From: a virus
Lineage: Duplodnaviria > Caudoviricetes
Virus record (IMG/VR): IMGVR_UViG_3300009108_000010
Location: 1-59,571 of that record
Direction: 5' to 3' (one strand)
Length of the DNA: 59,571 nt
Part shown: positions 48,154 through 58,223 of the stretch, piece by piece
How positions within the stretch are numbered: the stretch's first letter is position 1
Layout of the letters: each line of letters begins with the position of its first letter
Notes under the pieces: generated by a model
Databases searched by the model: none
Seen by the model: the letters and a program-made list of their open reading frames with translations, nothing else
Told to the model about the DNA's origin: nothing
Translations under genes and position numbers: made by a program

Positions 48154-48792
48154 ATGGCAGATATACCAAAAAGTAAAGGACAAGCAGTAGTATGGGGTTT
48201 TAAAAAAATTAAAAAACTTTGGGATGGATTAAAATCTAATAAAGATGAAATTCAAAAAGTACAAAAGAATATTAAACAGTTAAATAAACAAAAAACAAAA
48301 GATATAAAACATCATGGTTTTAGTAATGCTAATAAAAAATTAGATACTGCTAAAAATAGACTTAAAAAATTAAAAGCAGCAGATAGAGAAAGAATACAAA
48401 AATTAAGAAAAGGTGGCTTTGGTGCTATTGTTGGTATAGGTGGAACTGGTGCTGCAGTAAGTATTATAGATAAAATATTAAAAGATACTAAACCTTATAC
48501 AATTAAAAAAGGAGATACTCTTTCAGAAATAGCTAGGGATCATGGTACAACTTTAAAAGCTGTAAAAGAAGCAAATCCTCAAATAAAAGATCTTAATAAG
48601 ATAAGACCTGGACAAGAAATTAAAATGCCTGAAAAAGTTAAAGATAGAAAATCTGTATATCAAGGTATGACTAAATCTGAAATGGCAGGTATAACAAAAG
48701 ATAAAGTTATTGAGAGAAAACATGGTGGACAAATAGGAACACCTAGAGGAGTAGGAGCTGCACTACGTGGCTATGGTAAAGGATATAAGTAG
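48154..48792 (+). CDS. LysM-domain protein
   Basis: YTIKKGDTLSEIA...GTT...V..ANPQIKD.N.I.PGQ.I.MP. Confidence 0.85.
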   Translation: MADIPKSKGQAVVWGFKKIKKLWDGLKSNKDEIQKVQKNIKQLNKQKTKDIKHHGFSNANKKLDTAKNRLKKLKAADRERIQKLRKGGFGAIVGIGGTGAAVSIIDKILKDTKPYTIKKGDTLSEIARDHGTTLKAVKEANPQIKDLNKIRPGQEIKMPEKVKDRKSVYQGMTKSEMAGITKDKVIERKHGGQIGTPRGVGAALRGYGKGYK

Positions 48793-49025
48793 TGCCCTTT
48801 AAATCTAAGAAACAAAAAACTTATCTAGCTATTAATGAGCCAGAAGTTTATAAGAAATTTAAAAAGGAGGAAAATATGTATAAAGTAAAGAAAAGAGCTA
48901 AAGGTGGTAAAATAGATAATAGTGGACAAAAGTTTGTTGCAAATTTATATAAAACTATTATATCTCCAGTAACTCAAGGACTAAATTTACTTGGTAATAT
49001 GAATTTAAAAAAAAGGAAAAAATAA
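48792..49025 (+). CDS. Small basic protein
   Basis: MPFKSKKQ..YL..N.PEV; RAKGGKI. Confidence 0.6.
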   Translation: MPFKSKKQKTYLAINEPEVYKKFKKEENMYKVKKRAKGGKIDNSGQKFVANLYKTIISPVTQGLNLLGNMNLKKRKK

Positions 49026-49196
49026 ATGGATAAAATAAAAGCAAGACTAAAAGAACCATCATCATATTCTGGAATAGCAGCTATATTAGCTATGTGTGGT
49101 ATTATAGTTCCTAATTCTACATGGCAAATGCTATGTCTAATAGGTTGTGGTATCGCAGGTGCTGCAGGATTTTGGATGAGTGAAAAGAAAAAATAA
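49026..49196 (+). CDS. Small two-TM holin-like protein (56 aa, not in ORF track)
   Basis: MDKIKARLKEPSSYSGIAAILAMCGII...IAGAAGFWMSEKKK; SD aagga. Confidence 0.6.
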   Translation: MDKIKARLKEPSSYSGIAAILAMCGIIVPNSTWQMLCLIGCGIAGAAGFWMSEKKK

Positions 49197-49211
49197 TTAG
49201 GAGTTAATTAT

Positions 49212-49649
49212 ATGTTAGCTGGATTACCAGTAGAAATGTTGACAATGCTTGGATCTAGTTTACTAGGTGGTGTTATGACTATCTGGGGACAAAGATCAAA
49301 AGATAAAGCTAATCAACAAAAGATGCTTCTTGCCAGAGGTAAATTTCAAATGGATGAAGTTACTAAAGCAAGAGAGTATGATAATAAAGGATTCCAATGG
49401 ACAAGAAGAATTATTGCTTTAACAGCAGTCTTTATGATTATTGCTTATCCTAAAATAGTTCCTGTATTTTTTGATACTAATGTTGTTCTTACATGGACAG
49501 AATTTGAACCTGGATTTTGGTTCTTAATAGATAAAAAAGAAGTAGTTATGGATAAGATATTTAATGGAGTTATTATTACACCTCTTGATACTCATTTAAT
49601 GTCTGCTATTGTAGGATTATATTTTGGTGGGAGCTTAGTTAAAAAATAA
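49212..49649 (+). CDS. Holin-like (3-TM) protein
   Basis: Three hydrophobic segments, WTRR, C-terminal IVGLYFG. Confidence 0.6.
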   Translation: MLAGLPVEMLTMLGSSLLGGVMTIWGQRSKDKANQQKMLLARGKFQMDEVTKAREYDNKGFQWTRRIIALTAVFMIIAYPKIVPVFFDTNVVLTWTEFEPGFWFLIDKKEVVMDKIFNGVIITPLDTHLMSAIVGLYFGGSLVKK

Positions 49650-50329
49650 TGGCTAGATCAGGTACATATAATTTTAATTTAGATATTGATGAAGTAATTC
49701 AAGAAGCTACTGAAATGATTGGTGGCGAAGAAACTCTTGGACATACACCTCAATCTGCTAGACGTTCAATTAATTTAATGTTGAATGACTGGCAGAATCG
49801 AGGTGTTTTATTATGGTCTACCTTTACAACTGCTGTAACTGTAGCATCAAGTACAACTACTTATGCACTAGCTGATTCAGTAACAGATGCATTAGAAGTT
49901 ACTTATGCAGCAAATACTAGTAGTTCTGATTTAGCATTAGAAAGAATATCTTTTGAAGAATATAATGTTATTCCAAATAAATCACAAACAGGTAGACCTT
50001 CTCAATATAGTATTAAACGTAATGTAGATAATCCTACAATACATCTTTATCCTGTTCCAGATAATTCTACAGGTATTTTAAAAGTAGAAGGTATTAGACA
50101 ATTAGAAGATGTAAATAAATCTGCAGATCAAAATGCAGATGTACCAGTAAGATTTTTACCAGCTTTAACATGTGGTTTATCATATTATTTATCTATGAAA
50201 AGACCAGGTATTCCTGCAGATAGAATACAAATGTTAAAGATGAATTATGAAGAAAAACTAATGAGAGCAATGGAGGAAGATCGAGAAAGGGCAAGTATCT
50301 ATTTTAAACCTAAAATAGGTTATGTCTAA
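49649..50329 (+). CDS. Tail adaptor/tubular protein A-like
   Basis: SGT..F.LD...I.EA...ARRS.NL....W.NRG..LW...GRPSQ...LYPVPD...P.RF.P...GL.YYL. Confidence 0.65.
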   Translation: MARSGTYNFNLDIDEVIQEATEMIGGEETLGHTPQSARRSINLMLNDWQNRGVLLWSTFTTAVTVASSTTTYALADSVTDALEVTYAANTSSSDLALERISFEEYNVIPNKSQTGRPSQYSIKRNVDNPTIHLYPVPDNSTGILKVEGIRQLEDVNKSADQNADVPVRFLPALTCGLSYYLSMKRPGIPADRIQMLKMNYEEKLMRAMEEDRERASIYFKPKIGYV

Positions 50330-50604
50330 TGGCTTCCAATAAAAATGCTCTAGCTATGTGTGATACATGTGGTTTTGTATATGCACATAGAATAATGAAA
50401 TTAAATAGTTATAATATGGTCACTTGTCCTGAATGTTGGGATGGTGCATATGATTTTAAAAATCATCCTCAGAATAAAGTACCAGACGTAAGAGATGATG
50501 TAACAATTAGAAATCCTCGACCTGATATTGGTGGCAGAAACCTTGAATGGCAAAATGTTGCTGTAAATTGGGAAGATGAAGATAAATGGTGGCAAGGAAT
50601 ATGA
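50329..50604 (+). CDS. Zinc-ribbon virion-associated protein
   Basis: CDTCGF...CPECWD...HPQ...NPRPD. Confidence 0.65.
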   Translation: MASNKNALAMCDTCGFVYAHRIMKLNSYNMVTCPECWDGAYDFKNHPQNKVPDVRDDVTIRNPRPDIGGRNLEWQNVAVNWEDEDKWWQGI

Positions 50605-53186
50605 CAACACTTACAGGAAAACAAATAGCAAAAAGTTATAAACAGTTATTAAAAATGGCTGTTAGTACAAATACTGGTATTACAGAAGATGTAGTTCAAG
50701 TAGAAACTGGTGATGGTACAGACACACCTATAAAAATGTCTACAAATACTGTAAATATTGTAGGTAACTTTGGTGTAACAGATGATGTTTCTGTATCTGG
50801 TAATGTACAAGTTACAGATAAAGTTTGTGCTTCAGCATTTTATGGTGATGGTTCTAATTTAACAAATGTTCCTGCATCAGGAGATGTATCTGTATCTACA
50901 TTAAGAGTTACAAATGATGCAACTATTGGTGGAGCTTTATCTGTAGGAGGAGCAGTAAATTTAGCTTCTACTTTAACAGTAGCAGGAAAAGCTGAGTTTG
51001 ATGATGATGTATGTGTAAGTGGTAATACAATACTTGTTGGAAACTTAGCAGTTGGTGGAACAGCTACAGTTGCTGGTAATGCATCTGTGGGTGGAACACT
51101 ATCTGTAGGAGGTGCTACACATCTTGCAAGTACTTTAACTGTAGCAGGAAATACAACATTAACAGGAACTCTTGGAGTTGGTGGAGCAGCTAACTTTGCA
51201 TCTACAGCAACAGTTGAAGGTGCTACACATTTAAAGAGTACATTATCTGTTGGTGGAGCAACTCATTTAGCATCTACTCTTACTGTAGCTGGTAATACAA
51301 CATTAACAGGAACTCTTGGAGTTGGTGGAGCTGTTAATCTGGCAAGTACATTAACTGTTGCAAGTAATATTTCTATAGGTGGTACATCTAATATAACTGG
51401 TAAAGCAGAATTTGAAGATGATGTATCTGTTTCTGGAAATGTTAATATAGGAGGTACAACAACTATTGCAGGTGCTACATCTATAGGTGGTGCTTTATCT
51501 GTAGGAGGTGCTGTACATCTTGCATCTACATTAACTGTAGCAGGAAATACAACATTAACAGGAACATTAGGTGTTGGTGGAGCTGTTAATTTAGCATCTA
51601 CTCTTACAGTTGCTGGTAATACTACATTAACAGGAACACTTGGAGTTGGTGGAGCAGCTAACTTTGCATCTACAGCAACAGTTGAAGGTGCTACACATTT
51701 ACAAAGTACAGTATCAGTTGGAGGTGCTGCAACATTTGCAAGTACTGTAACAATAGCAGGAGCTAATGTACAAGCAGCAAATGCTAAAGTATGTGCAAGT
51801 GCGTTTTATGGAGATGGAGCTAATTTAACAAATGTACCTGCAGGAGGTATATCAGGAAATATATCAGTTAATAATGCTACAATAGGTGGTACTCTTTATG
51901 TTGGAGGTACTGCTACTATTGTAGGTAATACAACATTAACTGCTAATTTAGGAGTTGGTGGTACATTTACTGCTGTAGGAAAAGCTGAATTTGATGATGA
52001 TGTATGTGTTTCTGGAAATACAGTATTAGTAGGAAACTTAGCAGTAGGAGGTACAGCCACAGTTGCAGGAAATGCTTCAGTAGGTGGTACTCTTAGTGTT
52101 GGAGGAGCTACACATCTAGCTTCAACCTTAACTGTTGCAGGTAATACTACAATGACAGGTACTCTTAAAGTTGGAGGAGCTGCTACATTTGCTAGTACTG
52201 CTACAGTAGCTGGAGAAACTCATTTACAAGATGCAGTAAGTATGGCAAGTACTCTTGTCGTTGGAGGTAAAGCAGAGTTTGATGATGACGTATGTGTATC
52301 AGGTAATAGTGTTCTTGTAGGAAATCTTGCAGTTGGTGGTACAGCTACAATAGCAGGTAATGCATCTGTAGGAGGTACATTAAGTGTAGGAGGAGCAACA
52401 CATCTTGCTTCTACTTTGACAGTTGCAGGAAATACAACACTAACTGGAACTCTTAAAGTAGGAGGTGCAGCAACTTTTGCATCTACTGTTACCATAGCAG
52501 GTAATACTACTATGACAGGTAATTTAGGTGTAGGTGGTACATTTACTGGTGTAGGAAAAGCAGAGTTTGATGATGATGTCTGCGTAAGTGGTAATACAGT
52601 ATTAGTAGGTAATTTAGCTGTAGGTGGTACTGCAACTGTAGCAGGTAATGCAAGTGTTGGAGGTACACTATCTGTTGGAGGTGCTGTATATCTTGCTAGT
52701 ACTTTAACAGTAGCTGGTAATACAACACTTACAGGAACATTAAAAGTAGGTGGTGCTACAACAATAACAGGTAATTCAGGATTCTTAGGTACTGTAAGAG
52801 TATCTGGTAATACAAGTTTAGAAGGACAATTACAATTAACAAAGAGTGCAGCAGCAGTTGTATGTGCAACAGCTATTAATGGTATAACATCTGTATCATT
52901 AGCTTTTGGTACTGCTCAAAACTTTAGTACATCTGTTACTGCAGCACACACATTAGCCCAACCTACTGGATGTAGAACAGGACAAACAGGTAGTATTTTC
53001 TTAGTTCAACAAGGTGGAAGTGGTACTATGGCATATCATGCTGATTGGAAATTTCCTGCAGCAACAGATCCAACCATGTCTACTTCTAATGGAGCTGTTG
53101 ATAGATTAGATTATATAATAGTATCTGCTTCAAGTGATGGAGTAGGTGGAAATATTCAGGCAATATTATCGAAGGAGTATGGATAA
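50601..53186 (+). CDS. Tail fibre with long internal repeats
   Basis: Many 6-residue-periodic units (TLSVGG/ATHLAS/TLTVAG/NTTLTG), five KAEF(D/E)DDV(C/S)VSGN units; ATG at 50601 after SD aagga. Confidence 0.85.
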   Translation: MTTLTGKQIAKSYKQLLKMAVSTNTGITEDVVQVETGDGTDTPIKMSTNTVNIVGNFGVTDDVSVSGNVQVTDKVCASAFYGDGSNLTNVPASGDVSVSTLRVTNDATIGGALSVGGAVNLASTLTVAGKAEFDDDVCVSGNTILVGNLAVGGTATVAGNASVGGTLSVGGATHLASTLTVAGNTTLTGTLGVGGAANFASTATVEGATHLKSTLSVGGATHLASTLTVAGNTTLTGTLGVGGAVNLASTLTVASNISIGGTSNITGKAEFEDDVSVSGNVNIGGTTTIAGATSIGGALSVGGAVHLASTLTVAGNTTLTGTLGVGGAVNLASTLTVAGNTTLTGTLGVGGAANFASTATVEGATHLQSTVSVGGAATFASTVTIAGANVQAANAKVCASAFYGDGANLTNVPAGGISGNISVNNATIGGTLYVGGTATIVGNTTLTANLGVGGTFTAVGKAEFDDDVCVSGNTVLVGNLAVGGTATVAGNASVGGTLSVGGATHLASTLTVAGNTTMTGTLKVGGAATFASTATVAGETHLQDAVSMASTLVVGGKAEFDDDVCVSGNSVLVGNLAVGGTATIAGNASVGGTLSVGGATHLASTLTVAGNTTLTGTLKVGGAATFASTVTIAGNTTMTGNLGVGGTFTGVGKAEFDDDVCVSGNTVLVGNLAVGGTATVAGNASVGGTLSVGGAVYLASTLTVAGNTTLTGTLKVGGATTITGNSGFLGTVRVSGNTSLEGQLQLTKSAAAVVCATAINGITSVSLAFGTAQNFSTSVTAAHTLAQPTGCRTGQTGSIFLVQQGGSGTMAYHADWKFPAATDPTMSTSNGAVDRLDYIIVSASSDGVGGNIQAILSKEYG

Positions 53187-53950
53187 TGGGTGTTTTTCAA
53201 AATCATTTAATGGCTGCAGCAGTAGATGCAACAGCAGATACAGGAGGAGCAATAGATTTATACGAATCTGATGCTACTGCTGATACTTTTGTTTGTGAAT
53301 TTACAGGCACAGGTGATGAGACAGGAGCTGGTGGTGGACTGTCAGGAGATGATTTAATTTTAACTGAAGCTGGTACAGTTAGTGATGCTTCTAGTGGTTG
53401 GAGAACTTTAAATAATGGTGCATTTACACTAACTACTGCTTTTTTTGATAATTTTTTTAGTGGTAATACTGGAAATGAAAGAACTATTGCTCTATATATT
53501 AAAAATGCAAATGTAACACCTGCTACAACTAATGGTTTTTTTAATTGGGTATCTTCTAATGCTTATGGAGGTATATATCTTCAAATTCCAAGTGGTGGTG
53601 CTGCTGAAGATGATCTTAGATTAATTATTCAAACAGGTAACGCAGGAGTAGGAGTAAATGGAACTACTTTTACTGGTGGCAATATGTTTGGATCTAGTGA
53701 TGCAGTTTGGCTTGTTTGGTGGCAAGATGGTACTTATGATAGATTTGGTTGGGTAGCAGATGATGCTCCTAGTAATTGGTCAGATTTCCCTTCAGGGCAA
53801 AGAGCTTCAGCAAGTTTTGATGGATCTATTAGTGATTCAGGTCAAGGAGGAGGATATGGAGTAGGAACAAATAATGGTAATACTGCTGGATATTTTGAAA
53901 TTAATAGATTTATAATGTCAAAATCTGGGACAATAATAACAAACGATTAA
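53186..53950 (+). CDS. Putative receptor-binding/tail tip protein
   Basis: 254 aa beta-rich, Gly/Asp/aromatic, after the fibre gene. Confidence 0.5.
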   Translation: MGVFQNHLMAAAVDATADTGGAIDLYESDATADTFVCEFTGTGDETGAGGGLSGDDLILTEAGTVSDASSGWRTLNNGAFTLTTAFFDNFFSGNTGNERTIALYIKNANVTPATTNGFFNWVSSNAYGGIYLQIPSGGAAEDDLRLIIQTGNAGVGVNGTTFTGGNMFGSSDAVWLVWWQDGTYDRFGWVADDAPSNWSDFPSGQRASASFDGSISDSGQGGGYGVGTNNGNTAGYFEINRFIMSKSGTIITND

Positions 53951-53961
53951 GGATAATAATA

Positions 53962-54561
53962 ATGTGGGCAAGAGTAAAAGATAATAACATAGTAGAATAC
54001 TATAATAATAAAAAATCTATAGTATTGAATAATGTACGTTATTCTTCTCAAATATTTACAATATGGACAGATGAAGAAAGAGTAGATTTAGGAATATATT
54101 CTGTTGAAAAACCTGATTTTCCAGATATGAAATTTCATAAAACAAGTGAAATAACATATACATTTAATGCAGAACAAAAAAAAGTTATAGGTACTCATAC
54201 AGTTTCTGATCGTGAATTAGAAGATAAAAATGCTGTAGATAAAGATGGAAATACTATTTTAGATAATCATAATAATCCTGAAGTAAATTTAGGATTAAAA
54301 TCTACAGAAGTAAATACAGTTAAATTAGAAGCTGCAAATTTAATTAAACCTTATGCATGGTTAATACAAAGAAAAGTAACTGCAGATAAAGATATTCCTG
54401 CAGATGTTTTAACATATATAGCAAATGTAAGAACTAAATGTGGAGAAATTTGTACAGCTTTAACAAATGCAAGTAATATGACAGAATTTAAACAAGTCTT
54501 TGAAAGTAAAAAAAGAAATGATTTTCCTGATGATTATGATATAAAGGATTATAAAAGATGA
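53962..54561 (+). CDS. Tail fibre accessory protein
   Basis: MWA...Y...IF..W...E...LGIY...GLKS...W...RK...IP..V..Y...VR. Confidence 0.55.
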   Translation: MWARVKDNNIVEYYNNKKSIVLNNVRYSSQIFTIWTDEERVDLGIYSVEKPDFPDMKFHKTSEITYTFNAEQKKVIGTHTVSDRELEDKNAVDKDGNTILDNHNNPEVNLGLKSTEVNTVKLEAANLIKPYAWLIQRKVTADKDIPADVLTYIANVRTKCGEICTALTNASNMTEFKQVFESKKRNDFPDDYDIKDYKR

Positions 54562-54899
54562 AATTAATACCACTTATAGCATTATTTTTTATATTAGTAT
54601 TTGGTTCTTTAGTAAAAGCTCAAGATATAGAAATAGAAACAAGAACATATATGAAAGGTTTAATGTGTACAAAATATAATGATTTAGTAGGAAATCTACA
54701 ACAAGCACATGGAGAAGCAAGAAAATGGTGGGCAATAAATTCTCATAATGAATTAGTTGAACTGTTTGTTAATAATAAAAATGGAGCATGGACTATAATT
54801 ATTACCAGACCTAATGACCCAATTTCTTGTGCATTAATTGGAGGAGATAATAGTGGAGCCAATTATGATATTGATAGTATAGTAGAAATGAAACAATAG
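54558..54899 (+). CDS. Exported protein
   Basis: Signal peptide; C...GE...ELFVN...G.WT...SC. Confidence 0.6.
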   Translation: MKLIPLIALFFILVFGSLVKAQDIEIETRTYMKGLMCTKYNDLVGNLQQAHGEARKWWAINSHNELVELFVNNKNGAWTIIITRPNDPISCALIGGDNSGANYDIDSIVEMKQ

Positions 54900-54908
54900 G
54901 AGTAAACA

Positions 54909-55832
54909 ATGGCATCAACATATACAAGTAGAATAAGACTGAATAAACAAGGAGATGGAGATAATCCTAATTCTTGGGGTACAGTTTTAAATGATGGTGT
55001 TATCAGTTTAGTTGATGATGCCATAGCAGCATATACAACAGTATCAATAGGATCAGCAGCAACTGTAACATTATCAGCAGTAGATGGAGGATCAGATGTT
55101 CCTCGTTCTGCTTTTCTAGAAGTTAAAGGTTCTGTAGGTGGTTCACATACTACTATATCACTTATTATACCTGCTAATTCTAAATCATATGTAATTAATA
55201 ATGTTGTATCAGCAAATACAACTGCATCTGATATTGTAAAAATTAAAACTGCTGCAGGTGATGGATATGATGTTCCTTTTGGAGCAGTAGGTTTAGTTGT
55301 TTGTGATGGTACTTCTGTATATCCTACTAATGCAAAAGGATTAGGATTAGGCACAGCAGCTTCAGCAGATATAGGAGTATGTGCATCTAATGTACCAGAA
55401 GTATCAGCAGCAGATTTACGATATGTAAGAACTTCTGTTACAACAGATGCAACTGTTAGAGGAAATATAACATATGAAGCAGGTTCATTAAAAATTAGTA
55501 CATCTGCTAGAGCTTATAATCCAATAACAACATTAACAGATGCTGCAAGTATTACAAATAACTTTGCTCTTGGTAATAATTTCTTAGTAACTCTTGGAGG
55601 TAATAGAACATTAGCAGCACCAACAAATGCTGTTGCAGGACAAAGTGGAACTATACATATTATTCAAGATGGAACAGGAAGTAGAACATTAGGTTATAAT
55701 ACAGCGTGGCAATTTGTATCTGCAACAGTTCCTACATTAAGTACTGGTGCTGGTGATGTAGATATATTATGTTATATAGCTAGGAGTTCAACAACGATTG
55801 ATGCAGCTTTATTAAAAAACTTTGATAGGTAA
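54909..55832 (+). CDS. Tail fibre/collar protein
   Basis: MASTYT..L..Q..G.N...WG N-terminus; C-terminal TL..PT...GQ.G.I...Q domain shared with 50601-53186. Confidence 0.7.
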   Translation: MASTYTSRIRLNKQGDGDNPNSWGTVLNDGVISLVDDAIAAYTTVSIGSAATVTLSAVDGGSDVPRSAFLEVKGSVGGSHTTISLIIPANSKSYVINNVVSANTTASDIVKIKTAAGDGYDVPFGAVGLVVCDGTSVYPTNAKGLGLGTAASADIGVCASNVPEVSAADLRYVRTSVTTDATVRGNITYEAGSLKISTSARAYNPITTLTDAASITNNFALGNNFLVTLGGNRTLAAPTNAVAGQSGTIHIIQDGTGSRTLGYNTAWQFVSATVPTLSTGAGDVDILCYIARSSTTIDAALLKNFDR

Positions 55833-55837
55833 AGTAT

Positions 55838-57709
55838 ATGTCAACAAGTTCTAAACTCGTAAAACTTAATTTTCCAGCAGGAGTTAAAAGAGAATCAACT
55901 CAATATGCTGAAGAAAATTCTTGGTATGATGTAGATAAAGTTAGATTTCGTGCAGGTAAACCAGAGAATATAGGTGGTTATGCAGTAAAGGTATCTGCAG
56001 CATTTGATGGAGCTGGAAGAGATTTAATAACTTGGTCAGATAATGATCAATTTAAAAGAGCTATGTTTGGTACTGCTCAAAAATTATATGAGCATAATGG
56101 AGATGAAATATTTGATGTTACACCAGTATCAGCATCTACAACTTTAGCCAATGCTTTTACTGTAGCTTTAAGTGCAAATGTTGTAACAATTTCTGCTACT
56201 GCTCATGGTAGACAAACTGGTGATTGGATATTTTTTACAAGTTTAAGTCCTACAACTATAGGTGGAAATATATTATTAGGTACTAATACTTATGCAGTAA
56301 GTGTTATTAATTCAAATACATTAGCAATAGATGTAACAGCAACAGCAAGTGCTGCTCAATCATCTTCTGGTGCTGGAACAATACATTATTTATTATCAAC
56401 TGGTGTATCAAATGCTGTTACAGGTCTTGGTTATGGAGCTGCATCTTATCAAGCTACAGTATGTGCTTCAGAAACAAGAGCATGGAATCAACCAACATCT
56501 ACAGGAGCTAGTGATTTCTCAAGTGAGATAACACAATGGAGTTTAGATAATTGGGGTGAGGATGTTATAGCAAATAGAAGAAAAGGTTCTATTTATTATT
56601 GGGATACAGATGCATCTACTACACCTTTAAGAGCAACAAAAGTTTCAGGTGCTACAAATTCAACACCTACGACTGTAAATAGTATTATAGTATCTCCTAA
56701 TGATAGACATTTAATTGCTTTAGGAAGTAATTCATTTAATACAACTGCATCACCTACAGGAACTTTTGATCCTATGACTGTTAGATGGAGTGATCAGGAA
56801 GATTATACAAACTGGGTTCCTTCTGTTAGTTCTACATCTGGTGAAGTTATTGTTGCTGATGGAACAAAAATAGTAGGTGGAGTTAGATCACGTAATGCTA
56901 TTAATGTATGGACAGATAATTCATTATGGACAATGCAATATGTAGGTCCACCATTTATATTTAGAATGCAACAAATTGGTACTAATTGTGGATTAATATC
57001 ACAACATGCAGCAGTTGATTATGATGGTCGAGCAGTATGGATGGGCTATGATAACTTCTATGTATTTGATGGACAAGTAAAAAGTTTACCATGTACAGTA
57101 AGAAGATATGTATTTGATAGATTAAATGTCGATCAAAAAGATAAAATATTTTGTGGAATAAATTCAGAATTTAAAGAAATTGTTTGGTTATATCCTTCTA
57201 CAGATTCTAGTGAATGTGATAGTTATGTTATATGGTCTCCTGATGAAGATTATTGGACATATGGTTCAGGTATATTTACAACCTTTGCAGATAAAGCTGT
57301 CTTTGGAAATACAATTACAACAGGTATAAGTGGAGATAATAATTATTTATATAATAATGAACCTGATGGATTATATACAGCAGATGGAGTAGCAATATCA
57401 TCCTTTATTGAATCAGCAGATTTTGATATACAAGATGGTAATGAAATAATGTTTTTAAGTAGAGTAATACCTGACTTTACAATTAGTGATGGATCATTAA
57501 GTTTTTCTATTAAGACAAAAGATTTTCCTGAAAGTGGAACAGTTAGAGAAAAACCAGTACCACCACATACAGTAACAGAAGATACAACTAAAATAGATTT
57601 AAGAGCAAGAGGAAGACAAGGGAGAGTACGAGTGTCATGTAATTCTGCAAATACAAGTTGGAGATGGGGATCTATTAGACTTGCAATACAACCTGATGGA
57701 AGAAGATAA
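55838..57709 (+). CDS. Tail nozzle/stabilisation protein (tubular protein B-like)
   Basis: 623 aa; W.D.DKVRFR.G.PE.IGG, WSLDNWGED, VRWSDQE, RARGRQ...W.WG..R...QPDGRR. Confidence 0.75.
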   Translation: MSTSSKLVKLNFPAGVKRESTQYAEENSWYDVDKVRFRAGKPENIGGYAVKVSAAFDGAGRDLITWSDNDQFKRAMFGTAQKLYEHNGDEIFDVTPVSASTTLANAFTVALSANVVTISATAHGRQTGDWIFFTSLSPTTIGGNILLGTNTYAVSVINSNTLAIDVTATASAAQSSSGAGTIHYLLSTGVSNAVTGLGYGAASYQATVCASETRAWNQPTSTGASDFSSEITQWSLDNWGEDVIANRRKGSIYYWDTDASTTPLRATKVSGATNSTPTTVNSIIVSPNDRHLIALGSNSFNTTASPTGTFDPMTVRWSDQEDYTNWVPSVSSTSGEVIVADGTKIVGGVRSRNAINVWTDNSLWTMQYVGPPFIFRMQQIGTNCGLISQHAAVDYDGRAVWMGYDNFYVFDGQVKSLPCTVRRYVFDRLNVDQKDKIFCGINSEFKEIVWLYPSTDSSECDSYVIWSPDEDYWTYGSGIFTTFADKAVFGNTITTGISGDNNYLYNNEPDGLYTADGVAISSFIESADFDIQDGNEIMFLSRVIPDFTISDGSLSFSIKTKDFPESGTVREKPVPPHTVTEDTTKIDLRARGRQGRVRVSCNSANTSWRWGSIRLAIQPDGRR

Positions 57710-57999
57710 TGGCACGTTATCCAGATTTACCAATGTTATTTGACTATGAATTAAATGATAGTCCTGATTCAAAAAAAGTTTATAATAAAGTAGAACAATG
57801 GAGTGGAGCTTTATTAAATGAATTAGATACAAGAGATACACAAATGGAAACAAAACCTGCTACAAATATTTATACAGTTACTACTATAACATTAGTAGGT
57901 AATCCTAATAAAGGTGACATAGCTTATTCTGCATCTACAGGTAAATTTAAAGGATATGTTAGTACAACAGCAACACAAGCATGGGAAAATTTAAATTGA
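57709..57999 (+). CDS. Virion protein
   Basis: 96 aa, coupled; G..AY...TG.F.GY...W. Confidence 0.55.
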   Translation: MARYPDLPMLFDYELNDSPDSKKVYNKVEQWSGALLNELDTRDTQMETKPATNIYTVTTITLVGNPNKGDIAYSASTGKFKGYVSTTATQAWENLN

Positions 58000-58223
58000 A
58001 AAAGAGTGAATATTTTAAATTTATTAATGATAGTACCTATATAGGTAATATAAATTCAGGACAGGTTATACCTCCTAATATGTATAATTCACAAGAAACT
58101 GTCAAACCTATAGCAGACTCTTCAAAAATAGTGTATAATAGTAATAGTAATTTTATTGCAGATAATACTAAACCACAATCTAATTATATGAATGTAAAGA
58201 ATAATGTACAGAAAAATATATAG
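57981..58223 (+). CDS. Hypothetical protein
   Basis: Fills the gap; start uncertain (TTG near 57996). Confidence 0.4.
   Translation: MGKFKLKKSEYFKFINDSTYIGNINSGQVIPPNMYNSQETVKPIADSSKIVYNSNSNFIADNTKPQSNYMNVKNNVQKNI

Noticed and set aside
50601-53950. Diversity-generating retroelement targeting the fibre
   Set aside because: No reverse transcriptase and no template/variable pair with adenine-specific differences seen
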